From contig CBFHKU010000009.1 of the NCBI GenBank assembly GCA_965656495.1, forward strand, positions 1 through 64,000: DNA of 64,000 nucleotides. Direction: 5' to 3'. This DNA is from Coraliomargaritaceae bacterium (GTDB lineage Bacteria; Verrucomicrobiota; Verrucomicrobiia; Opitutales; Coraliomargaritaceae). How positions within the stretch are numbered: the first letter of the stretch is position 1; each line of letters starts with the position of its first letter. A program made the translations under genes and the position numbers. Below are positions 34,422 through 45,493 of the stretch, one piece after another. Under the pieces are notes generated by a model, which made no database searches, had not been told where the DNA came from, and was given only the letters and a program-made list of their open reading frames with translations.

Positions 34422-35678
34422 TCAGGTGTAGTCCTTGCGGTGCCTGTAAATACTTTGTATTAGACCTTGGAGAAAGAAACAGCTCAAGACGAAGGAACCT
34501 CCGTAGCTTAAAAAGGGAAGCGGTAGTCCGGTGATAGGAGTAATGCCAATTGTCATACCAATATTGATAAAGAAATGGATGAGGAAGAGGACACTCACGC
34601 CGCAGGCGAGGTGCATTCCAAATCTGTCTTTAGCAAGTCCGGCGATACGGATGCCGTTGGAAACAAGGATGGCAAAGAGCCCTACAATGAAGACGCTTCC
34701 AAGAAAACCAGTTTCTTCCGCGATTACGGAGAAAATGAAGTCGTTGTGTGCAACCGCCTTTGGCAGATAACCGAGTTGTGCCTGGGTGCCTTCGAAGAGG
34801 CCTTTCCCGGTGGCACCGCCGGTGGCGGCTGATATCTTTGCTTGCATGGCATTCCAGCTTGCGCCAGTGCCATTTGGATCGACAACCTTTGGTGCAACAA
34901 AGGTGAGGATCCGGTTACGTTGATAATTATGGATGGGTAGGATGGAACGGTAGGCCTCGGCGGAAACAGCGCTAGAGTCGCTTTGTTTGATGAGGCGTGC
35001 GCGTTCGAGGTGCTGGCTGTAGGCGTAAATGTCAATACCGACGACTGACACAGCGAGCATAAATATGGCGAATGCACCGAGGAAGAATTTCCCTGAAAGG
35101 CGGGAAATATATAGAAGTGCAAAAATCATAGGTGGAAAAACAAGCGATGAGCCTAGATCAGGCTGCATAAAAATCAACCACATAGGTAACAAAAAAATAA
35201 GGGCGACTTTGGCAATAACGAGGATCGATTCACTGATGGAGCCGACCTTGGAGCGTGCCAGAATGCTGGATGCCATGATGAGGGTGCCGATTTTGGCAGC
35301 CTCGGTGGGTTGCACGGTGGTGATCCCAAGGTCAACCCAGCGTCGCGCTCCCATCATTTCGACGCTGAACGGGCTTTCGGGTCGGGCGAGCAGGAGGCCA
35401 GCGATGCCGAGGGCATAGAGGATATGGGCGTAGGACAGGAAGATTTTGTAATTTGCAACTGCAACGATTGCGTAGGTACAAAAACCGAGGAGGGTCCAGA
35501 CGATTTGTTTCTGCCAATCATTGCCGGTGTGGGATACCTGTGCCGAGAAGATAAAGAGTATGCCTGCGGCGCAAAGTAGGGCAATCGCCAGTGGGTTAAT
35601 CCAGTCCATGCGAGAGAGCCGACCCGCTCCTGCGAGGTTTTGATGGTCTTGGCTGAATCGTTGGCTGCTGGCTCGCAT
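34422..35678 (-). CDS. rodA: Rod shape-determining protein RodA (SEDS family)
   Basis: [45 protein letters not shown]. Confidence 0.92.
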   Translation of the reverse strand: MRASSQRFSQDHQNLAGAGRLSRMDWINPLAIALLCAAGILFIFSAQVSHTGNDWQKQIVWTLLGFCTYAIVAVANYKIFLSYAHILYALGIAGLLLARPESPFSVEMMGARRWVDLGITTVQPTEAAKIGTLIMASSILARSKVGSISESILVIAKVALIFLLPMWLIFMQPDLGSSLVFPPMIFALLYISRLSGKFFLGAFAIFMLAVSVVGIDIYAYSQHLERARLIKQSDSSAVSAEAYRSILPIHNYQRNRILTFVAPKVVDPNGTGASWNAMQAKISAATGGATGKGLFEGTQAQLGYLPKAVAHNDFIFSVIAEETGFLGSVFIVGLFAILVSNGIRIAGLAKDRFGMHLACGVSVLFLIHFFINIGMTIGITPITGLPLPFLSYGGSFVLSCFFLQGLIQSIYRHRKDYT

Positions 35679-35703
35679 GGCTCCGGGGAAAATCCTTCAA
35701 GTT

Positions 35704-36165
35704 TTAGTTGATATCACCGAGGTAGCATTTTTCAGCGATAAAACCATTGGCGGTGAAAAAAGATTTGATGACATCGGGAAGCAGACGACATTCTTTGATT
35801 TGGGTGAGCGGAATCCACTCGAGGCCAATTTGCTTTTTGTCATGTTCGGTTCCGGTACCAAAACCCTCAATGGTTTGAAGCGTGCAATGAAAGATGCATT
35901 CAACCTGGTGGAAATTGGCATGACTGGCGCGAAAGGCGTGGTTTTTTCCGATGTATTCACGAATGTAGGCAAATTCGCCGATTTCAATCGGGACGCCGAT
36001 TTCCTCCTGTGCTTCCCGTGCGAGGGCTTGATGGAGGGTTTCGCCGTGTTGCTGACCACCGCCGGGAAGGATATAGAAGACCCCGCTGGAGTCGCGCATT
36101 TTGATGGTAAGGAGTTTGCCATCTTCGATGATGAGGGCTCGTGCGGCAGTTCGTATATGGGTCAT
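35704..36165 (-). CDS. NUDIX hydrolase
   Basis: Nudix box [22 protein letters not shown]. Confidence 0.92.
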   Translation of the reverse strand: MTHIRTAARALIIEDGKLLTIKMRDSSGVFYILPGGGQQHGETLHQALAREAQEEIGVPIEIGEFAYIREYIGKNHAFRASHANFHQVECIFHCTLQTIEGFGTGTEHDKKQIGLEWIPLTQIKECRLLPDVIKSFFTANGFIAEKCYLGDIN

Positions 36166-36292
36166 GGGATGAGCAATGGATTAAAATGGGAAAGGCACAA
36201 GACTCAAGCCTTTGAAATAGTAAGATAAAAAAATGAAGTTGAATTTTCGTGTCTTTACTTAGCTGCCTTGAAGGGCTTAGTTGTAACGCGTA

Positions 36293-37642
36293 ATGATAGA
36301 GGAGGTAAAAAGCACGGAAGCAGAGGTCCGGCAATTGATTGCCGGGCAACGCTACCCTGCGGTGGTCGCGGCGCTTGAGAGCTGGGCGGATCCCGAGATT
36401 GCAGACCTGCTGATCAATCTGGAAAAGGGACAGGAAATGCTCGTCTATCGCGCCCTCCCGAGGCAACGGGCTGCGGATGTATTTTCGTATCTTGAACCAG
36501 AGGCACAGGATGATTTCCTGAAGGCTTTGACGGATGCAGACACCCGAAGCCTTCTGGCGAATTTGAGTCCGGATGACCGTACCGCACTGTTGCAGGAATT
36601 GCCGGCACAGGTGACGCGGCGTTTGATGCAATTGTTGGGGCCGGAGGATTTGGCGGAATCGCGCCAATTGCTGGGTTATCCGGAAGAAAGCGTGGGACGT
36701 TTGATGACGCCCGACTATATCCGGATTCGGGCGGAATGGACGGTTGGCATCGCCTTGGAACACATACGCAAATACGGGCGCGATTCGGAGATTTTCAATA
36801 TACTTTATGTGACAGATGGGAATGGCAAGTTGGTTGATATAGTTCGTATGCGCCGTTTGATCATGGCTCCACTGGATCGGGCGATTGGAGACATGTTGAA
36901 TTACAACTGCGTGAGCATCTCAGCTTTTGAGGATCGCGAGGTGGCGGTTGAAATGATTCAGCGCTACGACGTGAGTGCGCTGCCGGTGGTGGATTCGGAT
37001 GGCGTGATTGTGGGCATCGTCACGGTGGACGATATCATGGACGTGGCGGAGGAGGAAACCACGGAGGACATTCAGAAGAGTGTGGCGATGGCACCGTTGG
37101 AGACGAAATACAGCATGGCGGCGCCCTTACAATTGTTCCGCAAGCGGATTGTATGGCTCCTTGTTTTGATTTTCGTGAACCTGATCTCGGCCGCAGTCAT
37201 ATCGAGTTACGAGGAGTATGTGATGGAGTTCATCACGCTGGCTCTCTTTATGCCATTGGTGATTGCGGGTGGTGGTAATTGCGGGGCGCAGTCTTCTACC
37301 CTGATGGTGCGCGCGATTGCGACGGGGGATCTTGAATTGAAAGATTGGCTCAGCGCTACCGGAAAAGAAGTATTTGTTGGGCTGATGCTGGGTGCTGCGA
37401 TGGCGGTCATTGCCGGCCTTATGAGCCAGGTTTATGGCGGCGACAGCCGGATCGCTTGGGTGGTCGGCCTGAGTATGACGTTAATCGTGTTCTCGGCGAA
37501 CACCTTCGGCGCTTTGTTGCCATTTATCCTGAGCCGCTTGCGGGTGGATCCTGCGACTGCGAGCACGCCCTTGATCACCTCGGTGATGGATGTGCTGGGG
37601 CTGATTATCTACTTCGGCGTTGCGGTGCTGGTCTTGGGCTAG
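36293..37642 (+). CDS. mgtE: Magnesium transporter MgtE
   Basis: MgtE_N, CBS pair, [22 protein letters not shown]. Confidence 0.96.
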   Translation: MIEEVKSTEAEVRQLIAGQRYPAVVAALESWADPEIADLLINLEKGQEMLVYRALPRQRAADVFSYLEPEAQDDFLKALTDADTRSLLANLSPDDRTALLQELPAQVTRRLMQLLGPEDLAESRQLLGYPEESVGRLMTPDYIRIRAEWTVGIALEHIRKYGRDSEIFNILYVTDGNGKLVDIVRMRRLIMAPLDRAIGDMLNYNCVSISAFEDREVAVEMIQRYDVSALPVVDSDGVIVGIVTVDDIMDVAEEETTEDIQKSVAMAPLETKYSMAAPLQLFRKRIVWLLVLIFVNLISAAVISSYEEYVMEFITLALFMPLVIAGGGNCGAQSSTLMVRAIATGDLELKDWLSATGKEVFVGLMLGAAMAVIAGLMSQVYGGDSRIAWVVGLSMTLIVFSANTFGALLPFILSRLRVDPATASTPLITSVMDVLGLIIYFGVAVLVLG

Positions 37643-37663
37643 CCTGCGCTGCGTGGGGCCGGG

Positions 37664-38629
37664 CTATTGAAGCCACTGGTGCCATTTTTTGCGATAGTCC
37701 TTGATGTTGAACTGATTGATTATCTGAGGCTCGGTTTCCATGCGGGGCGAATCGGGGAATTTGTCATTGTGCAGGCGCTCAACCAGAGTTTCGACGCTCA
37801 TGCGTCCCCATTCATAATAAGGGTGTACTACGAGGGCGTTCAAATAGCCCTGGTCGATGTGGATGAAGGCGGTGGGGGATGATTGAATCGCAACGGAGGG
37901 GCGTTCTCCCGCTTTCCAAGGGTAGGCGGGCATGCCAATGAGGGGCCAGTCATCGAGGAAAATCCATCCGTTGATGAGGTCGTTACGGTCTTTGTCCTCG
38001 GCGTTGCGGATTGCCTCAATCGCTGAGAAATAATTGGGTTCGCATTGTACGATGGCTTCGATGGCTTTGTAGCCAATGGCGTTGCGGACCCCGCGCAGGC
38101 GTTCTTTTTGGGCGAGGTTGGGGTTGGTGGCCATGAGGATCGCAATGCGCGCGCGCGAGGGTAGATATTCCTTGATGGTTTGCCCCGCGAGCAAACCAGC
38201 TTTGTATTCATCTGCGACAATTGCGGCGAGCGGATTAAAATCCTCAAGTTCTGTTTCAAAGAATATTATTTTTTGCCCCTGTTCCTGAGCAAAGCGAATC
38301 GCGGAGTGCGTGGTGGATTCGGTGCCCGGGCTAATGATGATACCGTCCGCATTGTTGATAAAAAGTTTGCTGAGCGAACTTTCCTGATCTTGCCCCAGCG
38401 AGCTGTCCGGGGTCAGGACGACCACCTCAACATCAATGGAATCTCGTTTACTGATGGCATGTGCGGCATCCATCGCCCCGAGTTGGGTCGCCTGGTAAAT
38501 GCTGTCTTCCCGGTCTTGTCCTACGATTCCAATACGGTATTCGCCCAGCATCTCGCGGTTCTGCGCAAAAACACAGGAGGCGATCAGCAGGGATGAGGTG
38601 GCTAAAAATTGGAGACGTGAAAGCAACAT
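37664..38629 (-). CDS. Periplasmic sugar-binding protein (RbsB-like, class I), orphan
   Basis: Signal peptide; ADGIIISP, D.YKAG..AG, ERLRG, V.HPYEWG patterns. Confidence 0.8.
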   Translation of the reverse strand: MLLSRLQFLATSSLLIASCVFAQNREMLGEYRIGIVGQDREDSIYQATQLGAMDAAHAISKRDSIDVEVVVLTPDSSLGQDQESSLSKLFINNADGIIISPGTESTTHSAIRFAQEQGQKIIFFETELEDFNPLAAIVADEYKAGLLAGQTIKEYLPSRARIAILMATNPNLAQKERLRGVRNAIGYKAIEAIVQCEPNYFSAIEAIRNAEDKDRNDLINGWIFLDDWPLIGMPAYPWKAGERPSVAIQSSPTAFIHIDQGYLNALVVHPYYEWGRMSVETLVERLHNDKFPDSPRMETEPQIINQFNIKDYRKKWHQWLQ

Positions 38630-38719
38630 TATAAAAAAACTGCCCTGAAACAGAGCATTAAAAATAAATGACTGCAGCGCGGGTATTGCCAGTCTTTTTT
38701 GGCCTTGGCTCGCGATCTA

Positions 38720-39916
38720 TCAGGCTTCGACGATATAGGTATGCGTCTCGCCGTCGTGAGTGATGCTCAGATGATTGCGGGCATCTGCCTCGGTGCTTGC
38801 TTCGGTGTAGCCGATTTCGCGTGCCGGGATTCCGTGACTTTCTGAGAGGGTAATGATTTCGGGAACGGCTGCGGGTTCACAGTATATTTCCATGCGGTGC
38901 CCCATGTTGTAGACTCGGAACATTTCTTCCGCGCTCGTATTGCTGGCTTTTTGAATCGCTTCAAAAACGGGGGGTACGGGGAGCAAATTGTTTTTGACGA
39001 AGTGAACGCCGGAGCCAAAGCGCAGGCATTTTGTTTGGCCGCCGCCGGAGCAATGCACCAAACCGCGCACCGACGGACGGTGTGCCTCGAGGAGGTCGCG
39101 GATGACCGGGGCGTAGGTACGGGTGGGGCTCAGCAGGGCCTCGCCAACGCTCAGTTTGGATCCCGGCAAGGGGTCCTCCATTTTGTAGGGCCCGCAATAC
39201 AAAAGCGCCGGATCGGTGCGCGGGTCACAGGTCTCGGGGTATTTTTCCAAATAGTAAGGTGCCAGCAAATCGTGGCGTGCGCTGGTGAGTCCATTGCTGC
39301 CGATCCCGGAATTTTCAAAATCCTCGTAGTTTGCCTGACCGGCGGAGGCGAGGCCAACAATCGCAAGGCCGGGGCGAATGTTGGCATTGTCGATGACGGC
39401 GTTGCGGGGCATCACAGCAACCGCGCAGGAATCAACGGTTGCGGTTCCGGTTAGGTCACCCACGTCGGCGGTTTCACCACCACCACTCACCACGCCTACG
39501 CCGTATTCGCGGAGTCGTTTGAGGAAATCCTCGGTGCCGGAAATAAGTGCGCCGAGAGCCTCGGCGGTAATGGCGCGGGCGTTGCGGTTAATGGTGCTGG
39601 AAATGAGGATCCCATCGATGGCGCCGATGCAGAGGAGGTCGTCGATATTCATCACGAGGCTGTCCTGGGCGGTTTTACGGAATGCCGAAGGGTCACCGGT
39701 CTCGCGGTAGTGGAGGTAGGCGAGGGTGCTTTTTGTGCCGGAACCATCGGCATGAATGACCGCGCATTTGGTGGGGTCGCCCGTCAGGACGTCGGGGCCG
39801 ATTTTGCAGAAGGCGCCCGGGAAAATTCCGCGGTCGAGGTGATCGACGACGGCGTGCACTTCTGATTTTGAAGAGGAGACGCCGCGTTGGGCGTAGCGAT
39901 CGGAGGCAGAACTCAT
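38720..39916 (-). CDS. purM: Phosphoribosylformylglycinamidine cyclo-ligase (AIR synthase, long variant)
   Basis: [47 protein letters not shown]. Confidence 0.9.
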   Translation of the reverse strand: MSSASDRYAQRGVSSSKSEVHAVVDHLDRGIFPGAFCKIGPDVLTGDPTKCAVIHADGSGTKSTLAYLHYRETGDPSAFRKTAQDSLVMNIDDLLCIGAIDGILISSTINRNARAITAEALGALISGTEDFLKRLREYGVGVVSGGGETADVGDLTGTATVDSCAVAVMPRNAVIDNANIRPGLAIVGLASAGQANYEDFENSGIGSNGLTSARHDLLAPYYLEKYPETCDPRTDPALLYCGPYKMEDPLPGSKLSVGEALLSPTRTYAPVIRDLLEAHRPSVRGLVHCSGGGQTKCLRFGSGVHFVKNNLLPVPPVFEAIQKASNTSAEEMFRVYNMGHRMEIYCEPAAVPEIITLSESHGIPAREIGYTEASTEADARNHLSITHDGETHTYIVEA

Positions 39917-39936
39917 AAGATGGGTGGTATGCGCTT

Positions 39937-40587
39937 TTAAATGATGGAAGGATTCGGTGCTTGCAACGCCTCAATGTGTTTCATGATTCGACGGGAAGCT
40001 TCAAGATAACGTTCGGGATGTTCGGGTCCGGGGTCAATCGTTTCGCTTGAAATCGGTGCACCGTAAACAATATCGATTGGGCCTCCGATGGAGGGGGTTT
40101 TGCGGTGCCGTCCATAAGCTTCATAGGTTCCGAAGAGCCGGGTGGGGATCACGGTGGCGCGGGATTTACAGGCAATCATACCGGCACCGGGTTTGGGGGG
40201 GAGGAGGGCGCCGTCGTTGGAGCGGGTGCCTTCAGGGTAAATCGCAACCGCACCTTCCTTTTTCAGAGCTTTGAAGATTGCCTTGAGTGAGCGGATGTCG
40301 GCGTTGTCGCGTGACACCGGGATGGTGTCGAGGGCGAGCAGGTATTTGCCGAACCAGCCCCGGTAGAGCGTGTCGCGGGCGAAATAATTGATTTGGCGCG
40401 GGATGCGTGCGCCGATCGCGGGGGGATCGAAAAAACTGACATGATTGGCGGCGAATATGACACTGCCTTGCAAGGGGATATTCCCGGCGCCATGGTTTTC
40501 AAAATCATAGCAGGTGCTGAAGAACCAATCCGCGAGGATTCGAGTGGCTTCATAGAGCGGGGGTATGGGGATGTTGCGATCAGTCAT
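39937..40587 (-). CDS. plsC: 1-acyl-sn-glycerol-3-phosphate acyltransferase
   Basis: NHVSFFD, YPEGTRS; start at ATG 40587. Confidence 0.9.
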   Translation of the reverse strand: MTDRNIPIPPLYEATRILADWFFSTCYDFENHGAGNIPLQGSVIFAANHVSFFDPPAIGARIPRQINYFARDTLYRGWFGKYLLALDTIPVSRDNADIRSLKAIFKALKKEGAVAIYPEGTRSNDGALLPPKPGAGMIACKSRATVIPTRLFGTYEAYGRHRKTPSIGGPIDIVYGAPISSETIDPGPEHPERYLEASRRIMKHIEALQAPNPSII

Positions 40588-41248
40588 TGGAGGGATGGAT
40601 GTGTTCGCAGATGAGTTCAACGACTGCTTCAAGTGAGTGCGGGCCGGTGTCGATTTTAACTGCGTGCTCTGGGCATGTGAGGGGAGCGGTCTTTCGGTTA
40701 GAATCGATTTGGTCGCGTTGGGAGATGGAATCGGTGAGCCCTTCTTTGGCGCGCCGTGCCGCGCGGGTTTCGGCGTCCGCATGCAGGAAGAAACAAAAAT
40801 CGGCGTCGGGGAAAATGACGGAGCCGATGTCGCGACCTTCCATGACTAAGCCGGGAAAATTTTTTTCACGGGCGAGCTGAGCTTGATTGCGCTGGTATTG
40901 AAAGAGAAAATCCCGGACTTCCGGCAGGGCGGCGATCAGGGAGACTGCGGCGTTGACTTGGGGTGAACGGATGTCGCTTTCTTCCGGAACGCAGCCATTG
41001 ACCGCGAGTTGTGCGCTGGAATCAAGGAGGCGGGTTTCGACCGCAAGGGATTGCAGTAGGGCGGGGATTTGCTTGGGGCAATTCGGATCAGCGCCTGCCT
41101 CTAGGAGGGCATGGGTAAGGGTGCGGTAATGGGCGCCGGTATTGACATGCATGAGGCCCAGACGCGCGGAGAGGGCGCGCGCGGTGGATGATTTCCCGGT
41201 GGCGGCGCCACCATCGATCGCCACGATTATAAAGGAGGCATCATTCAT
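40580..41248 (-). CDS. cmk: Cytidylate kinase
   Basis: AIDGGAATGKSS, TGAHYR, MEGRDIGSVIFPDA, RD..DS.R..APL. Confidence 0.95.
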   Translation of the reverse strand: MNDASFIIVAIDGGAATGKSSTARALSARLGLMHVNTGAHYRTLTHALLEAGADPNCPKQIPALLQSLAVETRLLDSSAQLAVNGCVPEESDIRSPQVNAAVSLIAALPEVRDFLFQYQRNQAQLAREKNFPGLVMEGRDIGSVIFPDADFCFFLHADAETRAARRAKEGLTDSISQRDQIDSNRKTAPLTCPEHAVKIDTGPHSLEAVVELICEHIHPSND

Positions 41249-42602
41249 GGCGCAGGCTTTCAAGGGTTTGGAAGAAGTCGGGGAAGGTTTTGCCACAGCA
41301 GGCGGGGTCTTGGATTGCGAGCCAGGGTTGTCCGTCTTCGAGGAGGTCGTAGGTCCCAAGAATTGCAAAGCTCATGGCGAAACGATGATCCTCGTAAGTC
41401 TCGATTTCAAGCAGTTGGTTTTTTGCACGCGCTTCGCTGGCGCGTTGTTTCAGGGCGTCAAGATCCGGTGTGATAGTGAGGCTGTCGTCGGTTTCGCTGA
41501 CGGCTTGACCCAGTTTCTGTAATTCACGCGCCATTCCGGCGGGTCGATCGGTTTCCTGTTTGCGGGTATGGGCGATTCCTTTGATCGATATTGCTGCGCC
41601 GAGTAGGGGGGATAGGGCGGCGTAGGTGAGGAAGGTGTCGGAGAAGTTGGCGAAGTCGATCGCGGTGGCTTGCTGAGGAAAGGCAGTGAGAGATTTCCCC
41701 CGGGCGATCCAATCGGAGGCGTTTTGCTGGACTTCAAGCCCGAGCGGTTGGAGCACCTCGACAAAGCGGGCGTCGCCCTGAAGGGGTTCGGGGCTGAGCT
41801 TGGGGATTTGTAGGCTGCCTCCGTGGAGGGCGGTGAGGGCAAGGAAATAACTGGCTGCGGACAGGTCGGGTTCAATGGAATAAAAGCCTCCCTCCGGGAC
41901 GGTGTAATGCACTGCGGGGAGGAGATAGGCGCCGACTTCGTCGGGCGCTGCGGGGTCCGCTCCAAATGCCTGTCGAACCGCGAGCGTAATGCCAATGTAG
42001 GCGGGGCGCACATGCGGTGCGATAAACTGGACATTGGCGGGGCCTGCGGGTGCAGCCATCAAGAGGGCCGACAGGATTTGACTGCTGGCGGAGGCGTCCA
42101 CCGCAACCGCGCCACCCTTGAAACCCTGCGTGTGCATCGTAAAGGGGAAATGTCCGGGTTTTTCGTGGAATTCAAATCTTGCCGCACCATTTTCAGTCAA
42201 GGCCTTGAGGAGGCCAAAGATTGGGCGTTCACGCATCGCGGGGTCACCATCGAGGGTGTAGCATCCGCCTGCTTCAATTGCCAGCAGGGCAGTCAGGAAA
42301 CGGGCGGCGGTTCCGGCGTTGCCGACCTCGAGGCGTGCGGTTTTTTTTGGGATGCGACCGCCTTCTCCTTGCAAGCGAATCGAGCAGGTGTCCGGATCTG
42401 CTTGGATTTTAAAACCGAGGGTTTCAAGCGCTTCCAGCATGATGTGCGTATCGCGACTGAAGAGGGCGCCCTCGAGGCGGGTTTCACCTTGTGACAAAGC
42501 CGCGAGAATGAGGGCGCGATTCGTGATGCTTTTGGAGCCGGGCAGGCGAAGGGTTCCCTCAATCGGACGGGCAAAGGGCGTGATTGGCAAAGGGTCAATC
42601 AT
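41241..42602 (-). CDS. aroA: 3-phosphoshikimate 1-carboxyvinyltransferase (EPSP synthase)
   Basis: PGSKSITNR, GNAGTAARF, SSQILS, RKQETDR, EDHRFAM, KTFPDFF. Confidence 0.96.
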   Translation of the reverse strand: MIDPLPITPFARPIEGTLRLPGSKSITNRALILAALSQGETRLEGALFSRDTHIMLEALETLGFKIQADPDTCSIRLQGEGGRIPKKTARLEVGNAGTAARFLTALLAIEAGGCYTLDGDPAMRERPIFGLLKALTENGAARFEFHEKPGHFPFTMHTQGFKGGAVAVDASASSQILSALLMAAPAGPANVQFIAPHVRPAYIGITLAVRQAFGADPAAPDEVGAYLLPAVHYTVPEGGFYSIEPDLSAASYFLALTALHGGSLQIPKLSPEPLQGDARFVEVLQPLGLEVQQNASDWIARGKSLTAFPQQATAIDFANFSDTFLTYAALSPLLGAAISIKGIAHTRKQETDRPAGMARELQKLGQAVSETDDSLTITPDLDALKQRASEARAKNQLLEIETYEDHRFAMSFAILGTYDLLEDGQPWLAIQDPACCGKTFPDFFQTLESLRHE

Positions 42603-43446
42603 GGTTCAGCTGATCACGGAAGTCTTTGCCCATCTTTAGCAGGCGGTGAATGGTTTTGGCATCTTCGGCTTGAAGGGCGTGCTTGAAAGCGGCGAGGCTG
42701 TTTTCAAATTCCGCGAGTGCTTCCAGGAGCGGGCCTTTATTGTGGAGCATGATTTGTTGCCAGAGCTCCGGGTCGCCGCCCGCCACGCGGGTGGTATCGC
42801 GCAATCCCGGGCCACTGAGTTGTCTCCAGACGGGATCTTTCTCGCTTAGATCCTTGCAAAGCGCCGAGGCGAGCAGGTGTGGCAAATGACTGATAGCGGC
42901 GACGCTTTGGTCGTGCTTTTCGGGGCTCATGACATGGATGCGGGTGCCGACTGCTTCCCAAAATGCCCTGGCTTTGTTGAGGGCATCGGGCGGGGTTTGT
43001 TCGGTGGGGGTAAGGATGCAGGCCGCGTCCTGAAAGAGGTCTGATCGTGCGTTTTGCAGTCCTGATTTCTCTGAACCCGCCATTGGATGTGCGCCGACAA
43101 AAGTGAAATCTTTGCCAGAAATATGTTCGAGGTCTTGGCAGATTCCTAGTTTGGTGCTGCCGACATCGGTGACCAGTGCACCTTTTTTTATGGCAGGCAC
43201 GATTTGTTTGAGCAGGGGGGCGATGCTTGCAACGGGGGTGCAGCAAATGATGAGATCGCTGTCGGCAACTGCTGCTTCAGCTTCGCAAAAAGCGGCGTCG
43301 CACCAAGTCTCGGCAAGGCATGCATCGCGACTCTCGGTTCGGCGCGTTCCGACCACCAAGCGTTGGCATAGCTCAACTTCCTTGGTTTTCATGGCCAGTG
43401 AAGCACCCAGAAGACCGGGCCCGAGGATAGTGATTTGCTCAAACAT
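42595..43446 (-). CDS. tyrA: Prephenate/arogenate dehydrogenase
   Basis: GPGLLGAS, TDVGSTK, HPMAGSE, HD...A.ISHLPH, LRDTTRVA. Confidence 0.94.
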   Translation of the reverse strand: MFEQITILGPGLLGASLAMKTKEVELCQRLVVGTRRTESRDACLAETWCDAAFCEAEAAVADSDLIICCTPVASIAPLLKQIVPAIKKGALVTDVGSTKLGICQDLEHISGKDFTFVGAHPMAGSEKSGLQNARSDLFQDAACILTPTEQTPPDALNKARAFWEAVGTRIHVMSPEKHDQSVAAISHLPHLLASALCKDLSEKDPVWRQLSGPGLRDTTRVAGGDPELWQQIMLHNKGPLLEALAEFENSLAAFKHALQAEDAKTIHRLLKMGKDFRDQLNHD

Positions 43447-43591
43447 CTTATATTCTTGAAACTTTCTTTAGCTTTTGAAGTCGAGCGATAAATACAAGCT
43501 CAGTTGGGCTTGTATTGCGAGCAATGCTTTAGACTTGCGGGATGCGTGCTTGCTGTTTTGGCTAAAAAGCTCGTTAAATAAGTAGTGATCT

Positions 43592-45352
43592 ATGTTTTTA
43601 AAAAAGAATAACAGATTGGGTTGGGCTTCGGGATTGGATCGACAGGCAGAGGATGGATACATCAAGGCGAGCTTGATCTTGCTATGTTGTGTCGCCGTTT
43701 TGGCAGCTTTTTGGATGCTCTCGAAGCTGGGTCCGAAGACTATTGACTATGAGACCATTGACACCTCGCAATATGAAGTAACGGATGCCATGCTTAAATT
43801 GCAGGAAAAAAGTCTGATTCATGAGGGCAGTTTTGATGAAATCCTGTCGCTGCGTAAACCGAGTGCCGAGGATGTAGCTATTTTAAAACAGGCCTTGGAT
43901 TTTCAAGAGGCGTACATCAAGGCGCTTCCAAGTTATGACGTGGAGGGGGAGTTGCGATTAAGAAGCCTCCGGGAGCGCTACGCCGAGCATGCCAGTTTGC
44001 CCATTCTGGAGAAAAGCCGGGCATTGGAGGCGGAAGCGGATGCGCTATCAATGAAGAAGGATTACCTGGCTGCGCACGAGCGCATGAAACACGCATTTGA
44101 ACGGCAAAAGCAGATCAACGAGCAATTTCCCCAAAGCCCGCATGTGAACCACGGACGTGCGACCCTCTTGCAACGGAAATCCCGATACCTGATTGCGGAA
44201 CCCATTTATCAGGAAAGTTTGGATTTGGAAGCGGTGGCGGATGGGCATATCAAGGCGATGGAATGGGAAGCTGCAGAGGAAACTTTGAACAATGCGATTA
44301 ACATACAGACGGATATCAATCGTTCTTACCGCGGAACAAAGCAGGCCAGCACCTTGCGATTGGAATTACTGAAGACAAAATTACTTGGGATTCAGTCGGG
44401 TCAAAGCAATCTGGAGATTGTTGCGTTGGAAGAGAAGGCTGATGCCTTGAAGGCGCAAGGTGAAATGCTGGAATCCGCGCATTGTTATCAAGAGGCGGCA
44501 CGATTACAGGGGGAGCTCAATAAAAACTTTCCGCAAAGCCCGCACGCTTCCTCAGATCGCGCTAATTATTTTTTACGCAAAGCTCAAACCGCGCAAAGCT
44601 TTGAGTTAGGCCGCACTATCGAGGCCAATCATGCCCGGCTTGAACAAATTCTGGCTGAACGCCGCACTTACGACGCAGTTGAACTCATCGCGCAACTTAG
44701 CCGCGATATTCAATACATGCAAGATGCGCATCCCCGCAGCTCGCTCTTTGATGAAGAACTCAAATTAAAGATCAGTTATCTTGCTATCATTAAAAATGAT
44801 TTGGGTTTCATTCAGGATCGTGTTTACGCGATGCTTTTACCTGTTCCTGAAGTGGAAGACTGGCATATGGCAAAAACCGAGGTAACGCAGGTGTTATATC
44901 AGTTTATTATGGGGGAAAATCCCAGCCGTAACACCGGCGAGACGAAACCGGTCGATTCGGTGAGCTGGTTGGAGGCGAAGGATTTTTGTAAACGCTTGGG
45001 CTGGATTTTGGGCAAGCCTGTGCGCCTGCCGACCGAGCATGAATTCCGTCAAGCTCTGGGGCCCTTGCGCTATGTTGTGCTTGAGAAACATGTTTGGAGT
45101 GTTTCCGATGCGAGAGAGATCGCGAGACCGGTAGGTCAAAAGGAGCCCTTCTCAAGTGGATATTACGACCTTCTGGGTAATCTCAGTGAATGGCTGGAAT
45201 CGATTGATCAATTCGATGAGGAAGATGCGCATCATATCGGTGGTCACGCCGGTGACCGAATTGAGGTGATTTTCAGTGTGCCGCGCCGCAGCACCTCACG
45301 GGCCGAGCGCAATCGCTTAACGGGCTTTCGTTTTGTCGCAAAATTAAGCTAG
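43592..45352 (+). CDS. Membrane-anchored protein with helical repeats and a C-terminal FGE-sulfatase (SUMF1) domain
   Basis: N-terminal TM; KTEVTQ, PVDSVSW.EA..FC, RLPTEHE, YDLLGNLSEW, GFR. Confidence 0.88.
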   Translation: MFLKKNNRLGWASGLDRQAEDGYIKASLILLCCVAVLAAFWMLSKLGPKTIDYETIDTSQYEVTDAMLKLQEKSLIHEGSFDEILSLRKPSAEDVAILKQALDFQEAYIKALPSYDVEGELRLRSLRERYAEHASLPILEKSRALEAEADALSMKKDYLAAHERMKHAFERQKQINEQFPQSPHVNHGRATLLQRKSRYLIAEPIYQESLDLEAVADGHIKAMEWEAAEETLNNAINIQTDINRSYRGTKQASTLRLELLKTKLLGIQSGQSNLEIVALEEKADALKAQGEMLESAHCYQEAARLQGELNKNFPQSPHASSDRANYFLRKAQTAQSFELGRTIEANHARLEQILAERRTYDAVELIAQLSRDIQYMQDAHPRSSLFDEELKLKISYLAIIKNDLGFIQDRVYAMLLPVPEVEDWHMAKTEVTQVLYQFIMGENPSRNTGETKPVDSVSWLEAKDFCKRLGWILGKPVRLPTEHEFRQALGPLRYVVLEKHVWSVSDAREIARPVGQKEPFSSGYYDLLGNLSEWLESIDQFDEEDAHHIGGHAGDRIEVIFSVPRRSTSRAERNRLTGFRFVAKLS

Positions 45353-45361
45353 TATTATATC

Positions 45362-45493
45362 TTGAGTGAAGGAAACGAAAGTGATCCTGAGGACTTGAAA
45401 CGCGCCCTCAAAAGCCAGCGAATTATTCTTTATGTCATGCTGTTGGGGATGTTGCTGCCTGTACTTTTAGCCTTCTTTTATTTCGAGCTTTGA
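45362..45493 (+). CDS. Small single-pass membrane protein, 43 aa (absent from the ORF track)
   Basis: TTG start 9 bp after the upstream stop; MSEGNESDPEDLKRALKSQRIILYVMLLGMLLPVLLAFFYFEL*. Confidence 0.6.
   Translation: MSEGNESDPEDLKRALKSQRIILYVMLLGMLLPVLLAFFYFEL

Noticed and set aside
36166..36292. Riboswitches upstream of mgtE (also checked pnuC, glyA, purB, guaA, guaB)
   Set aside because: Leaders are short and I recognised no M-box, ZTP, purine or other aptamer consensus; an Rfam scan would be needed to exclude them formally.
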